Shown: piece by piece, positions 18,002-28,697 of the stretch | How the letters are laid out: the number at the start of each line of letters is the position of its first letter | Numbering within the stretch: the stretch's first letter is position 1 | IMG/VR virus record: IMGVR_UViG_3300015360_000035 | Reading direction: 5' to 3' (one strand) | DNA: 64,000 bases | Source of the DNA: an uncultured virus (IMG/VR IMGVR_UViG_3300015360_000035) | Taxonomy: Duplodnaviria; Heunggongvirae; Uroviricota; Caudoviricetes | Translations under genes and position numbers: made by a program | Notes under the pieces: model-generated | Told to the model about the DNA's origin: nothing | The model's input: only the letters and a program-made list of their open reading frames with translations | Databases searched by the model: none

Positions 18002-18409
18002 ATGTCAGACATTACAACCATATTTAAAGAATTTAAAAGTGAAGCTGAGCGTAAAGCATTTCTATTTAAACAACATGAGGCCATCAGTAAGTTAGTAGAG
18101 CAAAATAAAGCTCTTCAGGATGAAGTTGATCATCTTAAGCATTTACTTACTCAATCTGTACCGTTGTTAGGTGAAAGTAAAATTGAGAAGGTTATCGTTT
18201 CTCCTGAACAAGGGCTATTAGAAGAACAGATTAGGCTTATACAAGACAGAAGTTATGGGCAGGAGCTTAACCTAGAAGATGTTAAGAAACTGGATCTACT
18301 TTTAAAAAATAAAGAGTTAATAAATAAGAATAAGCCAAAGACCTACGATGGTAAGTCAGATTTACTTATAGATAATATTAAACTTCTAGAAATTGCGAAG
18401 AAAAAATGA
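18002..18409 (+). CDS. Coiled-coil protein, possible terminase small subunit
   Basis: Position upstream of TerL only. Confidence 0.4.
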   Translation: MSDITTIFKEFKSEAERKAFLFKQHEAISKLVEQNKALQDEVDHLKHLLTQSVPLLGESKIEKVIVSPEQGLLEEQIRLIQDRSYGQELNLEDVKKLDLLLKNKELINKNKPKTYDGKSDLLIDNIKLLEIAKKK

Positions 18410-18559
18410 GCAGCACAGAAGAATATCTAAAAGATCATATATGCGAAAAATGTCATATATGTATTTTAGACGCTCATCCAGAAGAAAAGTTTGCTCTACA
18501 AGGTTACTTTAAATGCAACTGTTGTGGCTTTACTAAGAAAATAATCAAAGAAATAAAAC

Positions 18560-21154
18560 ATGGAAAATAATATATCTGTTGAATCAGCAAGAAAACTTCT
18601 TTGGCATCAAGGTATTCTTACTTGGATTTTACATTCAGTACAAAAAGAATTATATCAAAGCTATGTCAATTGTAAAGATAAAATTATTGTTTGGAACTGT
18701 AGCCGAAGATTAGGAAAAAGCTATACACTTTGTACAATAGCTATTGAAACCTGTTTAAAAACCCCTAATGCTCTAGTTAAGTATTGTTGTGCTAAACAAA
18801 AGGATGCCAAGGGCATAATTAGGCCATTAATTAGAGAAATTATTGAAACTTGTCCTGAAGAATTAAAGCCTGAGTTTAAGACCCAGGAAGGCGCTTGGGT
18901 ATTTCCTAATGGATCACGTATTGAACTCAATGGTTTGGATGGTGGTAGAGCTGAGTCAGTTCGAGGCGGTAGCTCACACCTATGCATTATTGACGAAGCA
19001 GGACTTGTTAATGATTTGCCTTACATTATTACTTCAATTATCTTACCTACAACGTCTACAACAAAAGGAAAAATAATCCTAGCTAGTACTCCTCCTAAAT
19101 CACCTAATCATCCTTTTATTACAAAATATTTAAACAAAGCTCGCATAGAAGGTAACTTAGTTACTAAAACTATTTATGACAATCCAAACATCGATAAAGA
19201 AGAGTTTGACAAGCTTGTAGAAGAATCTGGTGGAGTAGATAGTGTTGATTTTCAAAGAGAATATCTTTGCCAAATTAAAACAGATGAAGATTCTGCAATT
19301 ATTCCGGAATTTTCCAAAGTTAAAGCTAATATTGTAAAAGAATGGGAAAGACAACCTTTCTATGATTCTTATGTATCTATGGACGTTGGGATGAGAGATT
19401 TAACAGTTGTTCTCTTTGCTTGGTATGATTTTATTGCTTCTAAATTGATTATTGAAGATGAGTTTGTTATTAATGGTCAAAAGTTTAACACAAATACTTT
19501 AGCTGATGGTATTAAAAAGAAAGAAGAAGAGAATTTTACAGATAAGATTACAGGGGAAAAGAGAGAACCTTATTTAAGGGTGAGCGATAATAATCTGATT
19601 ATTATAAAAGACTTATGGGATTTACATGGATTGCGATTTATTCCAACTAGAAAAGACGATGCTGATGCCGCTCTTAATAAAGTTCGTATTATGATCCAAA
19701 ATGAACAAATTATTATTAATCCTCGTTGTAAAACTTTAATAATGCATTTAGAAGCTGGTATTTGGAATAAAGCTAAAACTAGTTTTGAACGTTCAGCAGA
19801 TATGGGCCATTTTGATGCTTGCTTCACTCCTGAAATGACAGTAATTACATCAGAAGGACCAAAAGAAATACAAAATATTAAAAAGGGAGATTTAGTTCTA
19901 ACGCATATGGGTAAATTTAAACCTGTAAAAGAATTACTTTTTAGAGAGTATGATGGGAGAATATTGGAAGTAAATCCTTCTGGTAGATTTTCTATAAAAT
20001 GTACTCCTGATCATAAATTTTGGGCATCAGAATTAGAAAGAGTTCAAACCAAACCATTTACGGGTCAATTGAAAGAAATTAAAACTGATTGGGTTGAAGC
20101 TCAGAATTTAATCATATCTGAACAAAATATAAAGAAAAGACACGCTTTAAATATCTCTATAGAAAATAATAGCGAGTACTTTAATGTGTCTAATGAGATG
20201 TGTTTTTTATATGGATATTATGTTGCAGAAGGTTCATTAGGCGGAAATGGTTCTCAAATTGAATTTGCTGGACACAAAAAAGAAATTAAAGTTTTAGATA
20301 TTGTTAATGAGGCTATACATAAAGAATATGGATGGGATAATAGTGGGTCCAGTAGAAAAACTATATATAGAAGAAAAAAAGGCATATTTAATCCAAGACA
20401 GTTTAAAAACTTTAAAATGTTTAATAATAAAACTAGCAATGGAAGAAAGATAGTAGGAAGTAATTCTTTATTGTATAAAGAACTTAAAAAGTTAGGAAAA
20501 TCTACTACTAAAAAATTTCCTGATTGGATTTATAAACTTAATGAACAACAGGCTTTTTATATGTTGTCTGGTTATTTATTTGGAGATGGGCATTTTTCTC
20601 CTACTGGCATTAAAACTAATACTATAAGTGAAAATATTTTATATGGTATAGAGGTTTTATCTCTAAAATGTGGAGTTTCTGGTAATTTTCATAAAGCTAT
20701 TAGAAAAGATAGATATAGATCATTTAATGGTTTTATTAAAAATGATACTTTTAATATTTCTTTCACAAAAGAAGTATCTCAAGCAATCATAGATAAAATA
20801 AACTCTCTTCCTTCATTAAATCAGATATTTACAGAAAAACTAATACATCCAATAAATATTAAATATTCTAGAAGTAAAGATTCAGATAAGAAACTTATTA
20901 AAGACATAAAAGAATTAAACTATAAAGGTTTAGTCTATTCTATGGAAGTAGAAGATGATCATAGTTACACCATAAATGGCGTAGCAGTCAAAAATTGTGA
21001 CTCACTTAAATATTTGATTAGAAACATCTTTTTCAATAAAAATCCCTTTCCAGCTAACTATCTTACTAAATACAATGACAGTACTTTTAAATATAAAACC
21101 CAGGATCATAAGGATTTGCAGAACTGGAAACAAATATTAAATATTAAAAAATAA
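18560..21154 (+). CDS. terL: Terminase large subunit with intein
   Basis: Walker A 'SRRLGKS', Walker B 'IIDEAG', 'ASTP', nuclease 'SMDVG', 'GHFDA|CDSLKY'. Confidence 0.92.
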   Translation: MENNISVESARKLLWHQGILTWILHSVQKELYQSYVNCKDKIIVWNCSRRLGKSYTLCTIAIETCLKTPNALVKYCCAKQKDAKGIIRPLIREIIETCPEELKPEFKTQEGAWVFPNGSRIELNGLDGGRAESVRGGSSHLCIIDEAGLVNDLPYIITSIILPTTSTTKGKIILASTPPKSPNHPFITKYLNKARIEGNLVTKTIYDNPNIDKEEFDKLVEESGGVDSVDFQREYLCQIKTDEDSAIIPEFSKVKANIVKEWERQPFYDSYVSMDVGMRDLTVVLFAWYDFIASKLIIEDEFVINGQKFNTNTLADGIKKKEEENFTDKITGEKREPYLRVSDNNLIIIKDLWDLHGLRFIPTRKDDADAALNKVRIMIQNEQIIINPRCKTLIMHLEAGIWNKAKTSFERSADMGHFDACFTPEMTVITSEGPKEIQNIKKGDLVLTHMGKFKPVKELLFREYDGRILEVNPSGRFSIKCTPDHKFWASELERVQTKPFTGQLKEIKTDWVEAQNLIISEQNIKKRHALNISIENNSEYFNVSNEMCFLYGYYVAEGSLGGNGSQIEFAGHKKEIKVLDIVNEAIHKEYGWDNSGSSRKTIYRRKKGIFNPRQFKNFKMFNNKTSNGRKIVGSNSLLYKELKKLGKSTTKKFPDWIYKLNEQQAFYMLSGYLFGDGHFSPTGIKTNTISENILYGIEVLSLKCGVSGNFHKAIRKDRYRSFNGFIKNDTFNISFTKEVSQAIIDKINSLPSLNQIFTEKLIHPINIKYSRSKDSDKKLIKDIKELNYKGLVYSMEVEDDHSYTINGVAVKNCDSLKYLIRNIFFNKNPFPANYLTKYNDSTFKYKTQDHKDLQNWKQILNIKK
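19820..20995 (+). mobile_element. Intein (392 aa) with LAGLIDADG homing endonuclease
   Basis: Starts CFTPEMTVIT...GDLVLTH; 'YGYYVAEGS' and 'SGYLFGDGH'; ends VYSMEVEDDHSYTINGVAVKN|C. Confidence 0.92.
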
Positions 21155-21163
21155 GAATTGAGT

Positions 21164-21176
21164 AAATTAACAAGTA
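21164..21176 (+). promoter_or_regulatory. Late promoter motif
   Basis: AAATTAACAAGTA 16 nt before the portal ATG. Confidence 0.65.
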
Positions 21177-21192
21177 TATTAGGAACCCTTAT

Positions 21193-23217
21193 ATGTCTGA
21201 TCAATACTTTGCAGCTAAATCCCCTTCTGATACTGCGTCTATTCTAATTAATAAATCTCAAGAATGGTCTCAATCAATTCAGTCTAATGGGTATTTGGAC
21301 AAACTTAGAAACTGTTATTTGGCTTATCATGGAGCCTATTATACAGATACTGGTAATGGACATCAGGTTACTTTTTCTGGTGAACAGGGAGAATTAGTTA
21401 ACTTTCCTGTCAATCAATGGAGAAACATTGCTCAGCACATGCTAACAATGACTACTTCTAGTAGACCAGCATTTCAAACCAGAGCAACAAATACAGATTA
21501 TAAATCTTTAATTCAAACCAAAATTGCTGAAGGCGTTCTTGATTACTATATGCGAGAAAAGAAACTCGATGTATATCTAAAAGATGCAGTTGAGTATGCA
21601 ATTGTTTATGGTAGCGGCTTTATCCTTATTGAGTGGGACTCTTTTAAAGGTGAAATGGTTGATTACATTGAAGAAACAAAAACTAAGATCTATGAAGGCG
21701 ATTTAGTATTTTCTAATCTAAGTCCTTTTGACGTAATGTTTGATGGAACTAAAGAAAGTCCTCATGACAATGATTGGGTTATGATCAGACGTTGGAAAAA
21801 CAAATTCGATCTAGCTGCAAAGTATCCAGAATATGCAGAAAAAATCAAAGGTCTACAAACTAAATCAGATACTCAACGGTTTCGTATTGGATTGGTTAAT
21901 CTTCTTGATGAAACTTCTGATGTTCAAGTTTTAGAATTTTATCATAAAAGAACTGAATCTATGGAAGATGGTAGATATATGATGTTCTTGACTTCAGAAA
22001 TCGTTCTACAAGATTTGCCCATGCCCTATAGAGAACTTCCTATTTTTAGAATTGCTCCTTCTAACATTCATGGCACAACTCATGGTTATACTCCAATGTA
22101 TGACCTATTACCTCTTCAAGAGCAATTAAATGCTCTATATTCAATAGTTTCAACCAATCAGAATGCTTTCGGTGTACAGAATGTCCTTGTTCCTAGAGGA
22201 TCTGACATTGCTATTAATCAATTAGCTGGTGGACTTAATGTTATTGAGTATAATGCTACCTCAGGCGATCCAAAACCTCTTAATTTAACTCAAACTCCTG
22301 AAGAAATATTTAGATATATTGAAATGATCGAAAGTAGAATGCAAATCCTTAGCGGTGTCAATAGTGTTGCTAGAGGAGCGCCAGAAGCTAGTTTAAAATC
22401 TGGTACAGCTCTTGCTCTTGTTCAATCTATGGCATTACAATTTATGTCAGGATTACAACAGTCTTATGTAGATCTAATCGAAAATACTGGAACTGCAATT
22501 ATTAAGATCCTTCAAGACTTTGCTTTTGCTCCTCGTATTATTGCCATTGCTGGTAAATCTAGCCGATATGAAATGAGAGAATTTAAAGGTGCAGACATTT
22601 CAAACATTTCTAGAGTGGTTGTTGATGTAGGCAATCCAATGAGTAAAACAGCCGCCGGACGTGTTCAAATGGCTCAAGAGCTTCTTCAATATGGTAAAGT
22701 TACTCCCGAACAATATATGCTTCTTATTAAAACTGGTAACTTAGACAGTATTACTGAAGATATTGTTAAAGAACAGCTTTTAATGAAAGATGAAAATGAA
22801 GTGTTAATTGAAGGTGAATCGCCTATGGCAGTATTTACCGAAAATCATAAAATGCACATTGAGTATCATAGATCAGTTCTTTTTGATCCTGAACTTAAGA
22901 AAGATGCAGGATTAGTAAATCGAGTTCAGCAACATATTCAAGAGCATATTGATCTATTAAGAAACACCGATCCAGCTATTCTCGCAATGATGAATCAACA
23001 ACCTTTAGCTCCTCTAACTCCTCCAGCACCACAATCTTCTGGGGTAGCACAACAAATGATGCCTCCACCTGAAGGAACGATGGGCGGAATGAATCAAGAG
23101 GGCGCTATTCAAGGTCCAGGATTGCCTGGTCCAGTTAATTTACCTTCGTTACCATCAGTTGATGCTAGTTTGTTACCAAATCCTGCAGCACAAGCCCCAA
23201 TGGGAAATTTAAAATAA
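21193..23217 (+). CDS. Portal protein (podovirus-type)
   Basis: Follows TerL; 674 aa; 'ILSGVNSVARG..SGTAL'; Pro/Gln-rich tail. Confidence 0.8.
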   Translation: MSDQYFAAKSPSDTASILINKSQEWSQSIQSNGYLDKLRNCYLAYHGAYYTDTGNGHQVTFSGEQGELVNFPVNQWRNIAQHMLTMTTSSRPAFQTRATNTDYKSLIQTKIAEGVLDYYMREKKLDVYLKDAVEYAIVYGSGFILIEWDSFKGEMVDYIEETKTKIYEGDLVFSNLSPFDVMFDGTKESPHDNDWVMIRRWKNKFDLAAKYPEYAEKIKGLQTKSDTQRFRIGLVNLLDETSDVQVLEFYHKRTESMEDGRYMMFLTSEIVLQDLPMPYRELPIFRIAPSNIHGTTHGYTPMYDLLPLQEQLNALYSIVSTNQNAFGVQNVLVPRGSDIAINQLAGGLNVIEYNATSGDPKPLNLTQTPEEIFRYIEMIESRMQILSGVNSVARGAPEASLKSGTALALVQSMALQFMSGLQQSYVDLIENTGTAIIKILQDFAFAPRIIAIAGKSSRYEMREFKGADISNISRVVVDVGNPMSKTAAGRVQMAQELLQYGKVTPEQYMLLIKTGNLDSITEDIVKEQLLMKDENEVLIEGESPMAVFTENHKMHIEYHRSVLFDPELKKDAGLVNRVQQHIQEHIDLLRNTDPAILAMMNQQPLAPLTPPAPQSSGVAQQMMPPPEGTMGGMNQEGAIQGPGLPGPVNLPSLPSVDASLLPNPAAQAPMGNLK

Positions 23218-23218
23218 T

Positions 23219-23791
23219 ATGCCAAATTACTTAGAACTAATGAGACAATTAGCAAAAGAAAAAGAAGCGAAAACTGCTGATTCAGATAATACTATGAAAA
23301 ATTTAGCGGGTAAAGCTGCTAGTATGATAGGTTATGAGGATGATAAAGAAACTGAAGATAGCATTCAACCTACAAATTTTCCACTTAATCTTATTTCTCG
23401 TTTTGTAAATGATAAAGAAACTGCCGATAGTATTGAACCTACAACTTCTGTAATTGATCTTCTTGCTGGTGCAGCTGGTGCCAAATTAGGGTCTGGAATG
23501 TTGTCAAATGCCGGTACTTTATTAGGAAATGAAATTGGTGCTGTTGGTTCTGATGTTGTATCTGGTGTTAAAACAAAAATTCTTCCTGGAAATCTTGCAA
23601 ATAAAGCAGCACAATCAGATCAAGCTTTAAATAGTGTTGTTAATTCTGGTGATAGCATGGATGAACTTAGAAGAGCAATGCAAATTGCTGGACGAGATAG
23701 ATCTTTTGCTCAAAGGCTTTCACAACAATCTTCTGATGTTGCTTCCGAAAAACAAAGATTTGGCGATTTAGTAAAGAAGTTAAGAAAATAA
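23219..23791 (+). CDS. Hypothetical virion-region protein with internal repeat
   Basis: DKETEDSIQPT / DKETADSIEPT. Confidence 0.6.
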   Translation: MPNYLELMRQLAKEKEAKTADSDNTMKNLAGKAASMIGYEDDKETEDSIQPTNFPLNLISRFVNDKETADSIEPTTSVIDLLAGAAGAKLGSGMLSNAGTLLGNEIGAVGSDVVSGVKTKILPGNLANKAAQSDQALNSVVNSGDSMDELRRAMQIAGRDRSFAQRLSQQSSDVASEKQRFGDLVKKLRK

Positions 23792-23929
23792 TGGCACAGT
23801 TAATATTTAGAAAACCTGGAGAAGCCTTCACAAAACGAAAAGCCCCGGCTTATATAGTATTTAAAAAGGCATTAATTGTTAGTGCTATTATTAATATTGT
23901 ATTATTAGGATTACTACTTTTAAAAATTT

Positions 23930-24151
23930 ATGGATAATTTTAAGTCTTCGACAGATTTATGGTTTTGTTCCTACTTAATGCTTAAAGGCTTTAAAGTTGC
24001 GAAATATGAAGTTATTTCCCGAGGTAAGGGAAAATACTTTTTTGCTATATCTGATGAAGATTGGTCCAAATACAAATTAGATTTTAATAATGAGGATGAA
24101 TTAAATAAATATAAGACATTTATTGAGCAGCTTAAAGATTTACTATATTAA
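23930..24151 (+). CDS. Small phage protein (DUF5659-like)
   Basis: 'TDLWFCSYLMLKGF...KYFF' pattern. Confidence 0.45.
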   Translation: MDNFKSSTDLWFCSYLMLKGFKVAKYEVISRGKGKYFFAISDEDWSKYKLDFNNEDELNKYKTFIEQLKDLLY

Positions 24152-24178
24152 TTGTTAAAGTAGTTACTGGTTATAAAT

Positions 24179-24739
24179 ATGGCACAAAATCCAAATATAG
24201 CACATCTAGACCAACATCAAATTGCTAATAGAGTTTATGATCCTTTAAATGACAGAATTCGCGTGGACGCCGAGATAACCGCTGTTATTCCTGGTCCAGT
24301 CGAAGTTGCAATTGATCATGTTACTGATAGTATTAAATTGGGTGATGGGACTACATTATTTACTAGTACTGCAGTAGGACCAGATACTGGATTAGATGTA
24401 AATGTTATTGGTGGTACCGTTACGGGTGAAATAACCGTAACTGGTCTTAAGATAGCAGGAAGAACCACAACAATGGATATTCCTGATACAGTAGTAGCAA
24501 TTCCAGCTTCACCATTAGCAAATAGAAATAGTTTGTCTTTAACAAATTTATCACCAACAGAAACTATTTACATTGGATTTAACCTTAGCGTAACTGCTAA
24601 TTCTGTTATTGGAACTACTTCTGGTTGGCCAGTTGGTCCTAGTGAAGGTTTCAATTTGGATGTTACCGCTAATATTATTATTTATGCCATCGCAGAAACT
24701 GGTAAAACTGTTAGAGTTAAGATATTAGAGTTAGCTTAG
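24179..24739 (+). CDS. Virion appendage/fibre-like protein
   Basis: N-terminal LDxxQI..YD motif; C-terminal beta domain shared with 25072. Confidence 0.6.
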   Translation: MAQNPNIAHLDQHQIANRVYDPLNDRIRVDAEITAVIPGPVEVAIDHVTDSIKLGDGTTLFTSTAVGPDTGLDVNVIGGTVTGEITVTGLKIAGRTTTMDIPDTVVAIPASPLANRNSLSLTNLSPTETIYIGFNLSVTANSVIGTTSGWPVGPSEGFNLDVTANIIIYAIAETGKTVRVKILELA

Positions 24740-24740
24740 T

Positions 24741-25058
24741 ATGAGTAATATAACAGGAACCATTAGAGCGAAAGCTACATTAGAACAATCACAATCGCCG
24801 CTCATATATAATGTTTCTTGTTTACTTGCTAATACTGAATATTCTCAAGCTTTAACTGTAGGGACTAAAATCTTTACAATAAGAGTCAGAGGGATATCAA
24901 GTTTAAAATTAGCATTCGAACCTGGTGAAAGTAGCATAAATTATATAACAATACCAGCAGGGGCAAATTATAGTGCTGATGGGTTAAATTTTTCAGGATT
25001 GTTATATTTTCAAACAACAAAGGCTACCCAAATAGTAGAAATACTAGAGTGGTCTTAA
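24741..25058 (+). CDS. Small beta-rich virion protein
   Basis: Context; ends VEILEWS like its neighbours. Confidence 0.5.
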   Translation: MSNITGTIRAKATLEQSQSPLIYNVSCLLANTEYSQALTVGTKIFTIRVRGISSLKLAFEPGESSINYITIPAGANYSADGLNFSGLLYFQTTKATQIVEILEWS

Positions 25059-25071
25059 AGGAATTTAGAAT

Positions 25072-26259
25072 ATGTCTTTAACAAAAGATAAATTGATTTT
25101 TGATCCAGCAGATACCGCTGATTCAGACAATATTGGAGCTTATTTACGAGCTGGTAGTGATGGTGACCTATTATCATCGACTAATGTTGGTGGTAAAGAA
25201 GGTTTAGATGTAAACCTTATTACCGCTTCTATAGCTGTAACTGCAACAGATTTAGATATTAGAAACATTTCCCAAACACAAGATTCAATTCTTGTATTTG
25301 GTTATGATGGTGCGGCTAACAAGCCTTTCAAATTAGCTGTAGATGGCGCAGTACAAGTAGGAGATAACGGCGGATCTCTTACTGTTGATTCTACTGATTT
25401 AGATATTAGAGATCTAAGTCATTCACAAGACAGTGTAAAAATTGGTGATGGTACTGATTTCTTAGCTGTTAATGCAGACGGTTCTATTAATGTTTTAGCT
25501 ACCGTAACTTCTGCTAGCCATTATGCTGAAGATAGTGCTCATGTATCTGGTGCTACCGGATCATTTTCTTTAGCTGTTCGTAATGATGCTGAAACTTCAT
25601 TAGTTTCTGCTAATGGAGATTATGCTCCATTTCAAGTTGATGCTACTGGACGTTTAAAAGTTCAGGCAGATCTTGACGTAGTATCTTCATTTGAAAAAAT
25701 CGAAGATAGTGCTCATGCTTCTGGAGATATTGGAGCATACATTCTTGGTGTAAGACAAGATGCATTAGCTTCTAGTACTTCAGCAGACGGTGATTATGGA
25801 AGCATTAAAACTGATGCCAGAGGCGCTGCTTGGGTAGCTCCTATTGGTACAGCTGCAGATGATGCTGTTGATACAGAAGCTCCAGTGAAAGTTGGATCTA
25901 GAGCTGTTTCTGGTGCATTAGCTGTTGTTTCTACATCTGGAGATAGAGCTGATTTACGTTCTGATATGTATCGACGTATTTGGATTAATGATAGTCCAAA
26001 CATTGGAGTTAGTACTCAAGCTATGACAGTAAATACAACTGAATCTGCTTTTCCTGCAGCTTTAGGTGGACGTAGAAGAATGATGATTCAAAATACCTCT
26101 AATAATGCTGTTTATGTAGGACCTAGTGGATTGGATACTACAATTGGTCTAAAAATTGAAAAAGGAGCAACTCTTTCTTTAGAAATTGGAGAAAATGTTA
26201 ATCTATTTGCAATTGCTGGATCTAATACAAACGTTATTCGTGTATTCGAATTAGCTTAA
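25072..26259 (+). CDS. Repetitive virion fibre-like protein
   Basis: TDLDIR x2, EDSAH.SG x2, DGDYA/DGDYG repeats; followed by terminator. Confidence 0.65.
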   Translation: MSLTKDKLIFDPADTADSDNIGAYLRAGSDGDLLSSTNVGGKEGLDVNLITASIAVTATDLDIRNISQTQDSILVFGYDGAANKPFKLAVDGAVQVGDNGGSLTVDSTDLDIRDLSHSQDSVKIGDGTDFLAVNADGSINVLATVTSASHYAEDSAHVSGATGSFSLAVRNDAETSLVSANGDYAPFQVDATGRLKVQADLDVVSSFEKIEDSAHASGDIGAYILGVRQDALASSTSADGDYGSIKTDARGAAWVAPIGTAADDAVDTEAPVKVGSRAVSGALAVVSTSGDRADLRSDMYRRIWINDSPNIGVSTQAMTVNTTESAFPAALGGRRRMMIQNTSNNAVYVGPSGLDTTIGLKIEKGATLSLEIGENVNLFAIAGSNTNVIRVFELA

Positions 26260-26271
26260 TTTAGGAGAATT

Positions 26272-26301
26272 GGAAGGGATGAAATACTCCCTTCCTTTTT
26301 T
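26272..26301 (+). terminator. Rho-independent terminator
   Basis: GGAAGGGA-tgaaatac-TCCCTTCC-TTTTTT. Confidence 0.8.
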
Positions 26302-26636
26302 AAATGTTATGATGTTAAACGATAAAGAAAAATTAGAGATTCAAAATTTATTAAAGCTTATTAGACGAGCTAAATACGATGATTTTCAAGGTTTAGAAGC
26401 ATTAGCTTTAGCTAGAGCCTATCATTGGTTAGAAAGTCTAGTTGCTCCACCAGCACCCCTTCCTCCAGTACCAAAAGCTCCAATAGCTCCTCCAGTAGCA
26501 ATGCCCTTAATTCCTATTGAAGATACAAAAATACAAATAATACCAAATACTGCTATAGTTGATGAACCAAAATCTTCAGAAGAATTAGTCCCATTAAAAT
26601 CTCCTATTAAAAAAATGGGCAAAAAGGCAAAATAAA

Positions 26637-27977
26637 ATGGCCGATTTAGCTGATAGCAATAGTACATCAATATTTGATAATACATTAGTAGAACTTAGAG
26701 CATCAGACAATACTGTTATTGGTAATGTTGCTGATTCTATTAAAACTAATGTTACTAATGCGGCTGGTGCTAGTGCAGTTAATATTCAAGATGGTGGGAA
26801 CAGTATTACTGTTGATGCTACAGCTCTTCCATTACCTTCTGGAGCTTCCACAAGCACACTACAAACAACTGGAAATTCTTCTTTATCTAGCATTGATTCT
26901 AAAACTCCTGCTTTAGGTCAAGCTTTAGCTGCTGCCTCTACTCCTGTAGTACTTACCGCTGCTCAATTAAATACACTTACTCCTTTAACCTCAGTTACGG
27001 TAACACAAGCAACTGGTACTAATCTTCATACTGTAGTTGATAGCTCTGCCTTACCTACAGGCGCAGCAACATCAGCAAATCAAACAAATGGTTCACAAAA
27101 AACTCAAGTTGTGGATGGTTCTGGAACAGTCCAAGGACCAATGCAGACTTTATCAGGAACAAATTATGCTCCTGTTGTATTGGCAGCATCAGTAATTTCT
27201 GGATCAGCTATAGCTGCTCAATCTGTACAAATTGCTGGTTCAGATGGAACAAATGCTAGAACAATAGCAACTGATACTACTGGCAAACTTAATATTAATA
27301 ATATATCTGGTGTAGTTTCTTTACCTACTGGCGCAGCGACTGAAGCTTCATTAGCTAAATTAACTTTAACGCAAGGATCTACAACAAGTGGACAATCTGG
27401 TCCTTTAATACAAGGTGCAGTCACTACAACAGCCCCTACTTATACTACAGCTAAAACAGCTCCTTTATCTTTAGATACTTCTGGAAATTTAAGAACTGCA
27501 CCTACTGTTCAAAATCCTTCATTATTATCGAATCAAATGTACTCTATGGGAGTAGTAAGAAATTCAGCCGCTGCAGATACTGATAATAATATTGTTTTAT
27601 TAAGAAATCCAAATGGCAGTGGTAAAACTGTTTATATTGTTAGCATTGTTTGTAATAATGTAACAACAAATGTTACAACTATTTTTAAAATATTCACTAA
27701 TCCAACGGTCACATTAAATGGAACGGCAGTAACTCCGGATTCTAGATTTATTGGTAATGGAGCTGCTGCTGCTATTACATTGATTAATACTCTACCTACT
27801 GCTACATTACCTACAGTTTCTCTTGTTGCTATAACTGCTGGTCAAAATAGTGCGGGAGTGTCTTTAATTCACCCTTATACTATAGGCATAGTAGCTAATA
27901 ACTCATTAGTAATAACTGCATCACCTAGTTCAAATAATCGAAGCGTTTCAATAACTATTAATTGGATTGAGGTTTAA
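26637..27977 (+). CDS. Ser/Thr/Ala-rich fibre-like virion protein
   Basis: DGGNSITVD and LPTGAAT modules shared with 36986..38326. Confidence 0.7.
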   Translation: MADLADSNSTSIFDNTLVELRASDNTVIGNVADSIKTNVTNAAGASAVNIQDGGNSITVDATALPLPSGASTSTLQTTGNSSLSSIDSKTPALGQALAAASTPVVLTAAQLNTLTPLTSVTVTQATGTNLHTVVDSSALPTGAATSANQTNGSQKTQVVDGSGTVQGPMQTLSGTNYAPVVLAASVISGSAIAAQSVQIAGSDGTNARTIATDTTGKLNINNISGVVSLPTGAATEASLAKLTLTQGSTTSGQSGPLIQGAVTTTAPTYTTAKTAPLSLDTSGNLRTAPTVQNPSLLSNQMYSMGVVRNSAAADTDNNIVLLRNPNGSGKTVYIVSIVCNNVTTNVTTIFKIFTNPTVTLNGTAVTPDSRFIGNGAAAAITLINTLPTATLPTVSLVAITAGQNSAGVSLIHPYTIGIVANNSLVITASPSSNNRSVSITINWIEV

Positions 27978-28512
27978 TATGGCAGCATTTACTATCAATA
28001 ATATATCAGGATCGACTGTTTCTTATCAAGGACAGAGCATACTTTCAGGAGTGTCTTACACTACCCCAGGAATATCTGTTAATTTTGCTGCTGATTCTGC
28101 TTTATGGGCCGATGTTTTACAAGGAAATATAACAATAACTGTAAATAATTTTACTTTTACTGGTCAATCTGCTGTTGATATGTTACGTACTTTAGCTGGT
28201 GTCATTACTTCAACTTATAGAAATATTACAGGTAATACTACAGTAACTGTTAAACCTTCAACTGGTATAATTAGAGGATTAAGTTTTAATAATGGTAATA
28301 CTGGAGGAGTAGTAACTCTATACGACAATACTACAGCTTCTGGCACAATTATAGGAACTTTTCAAATAGGAACACCTTCAGGTGGATTATTAAGTACTAC
28401 AGGATTAAATAGTCCTAATGTAATTCAATTAGGAGTTATTATTTTTTCTACAGGACTAACAATTGTTACTTCTGGTTCATCTAATAATGATATAACGGTA
28501 TATTATCTCTAG
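27967..28512 (+). CDS. Beta-rich virion protein
   Basis: Context; 'TLYDNTTASGT...FSTGLTIVT'. Confidence 0.55.
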   Translation: MRFNMAAFTINNISGSTVSYQGQSILSGVSYTTPGISVNFAADSALWADVLQGNITITVNNFTFTGQSAVDMLRTLAGVITSTYRNITGNTTVTVKPSTGIIRGLSFNNGNTGGVVTLYDNTTASGTIIGTFQIGTPSGGLLSTTGLNSPNVIQLGVIIFSTGLTIVTSGSSNNDITVYYL

Positions 28513-28584
28513 TTTTAAATACTTTATGTACAGGTTCTCCTATTATGGTGGAATCTTCTGATTATAAAATAATTGTTAGTCTTA

Positions 28585-28597
28585 AAATTAACAAGTA
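28585..28597 (+). promoter_or_regulatory. Late promoter motif
   Basis: AAATTAACAAGTA(AGTATAAG), extended identity with the 17615 copy. Confidence 0.65.
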
Positions 28598-28697
28598 AGT
28601 ATAAGAAAGAAAAATTTAAACAACTAAAGAAGAAACTTAAAAAATAACCAAGCATTCTACGTCTCGACATGAATGTTTTTTACCCGTAAGGATAAAT

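Noticed and set aside
18721..20439. Minus-strand ORFs within terL, and similar antisense ORFs within other long genes
   Set aside because: Antisense shadows of well-supported genes, lacking RBS or motifs.
26270..26310. TTG start of ORF 26270..26635
   Set aside because: The first codons overlap a clear terminator hairpin; the true start is probably a later ATG.
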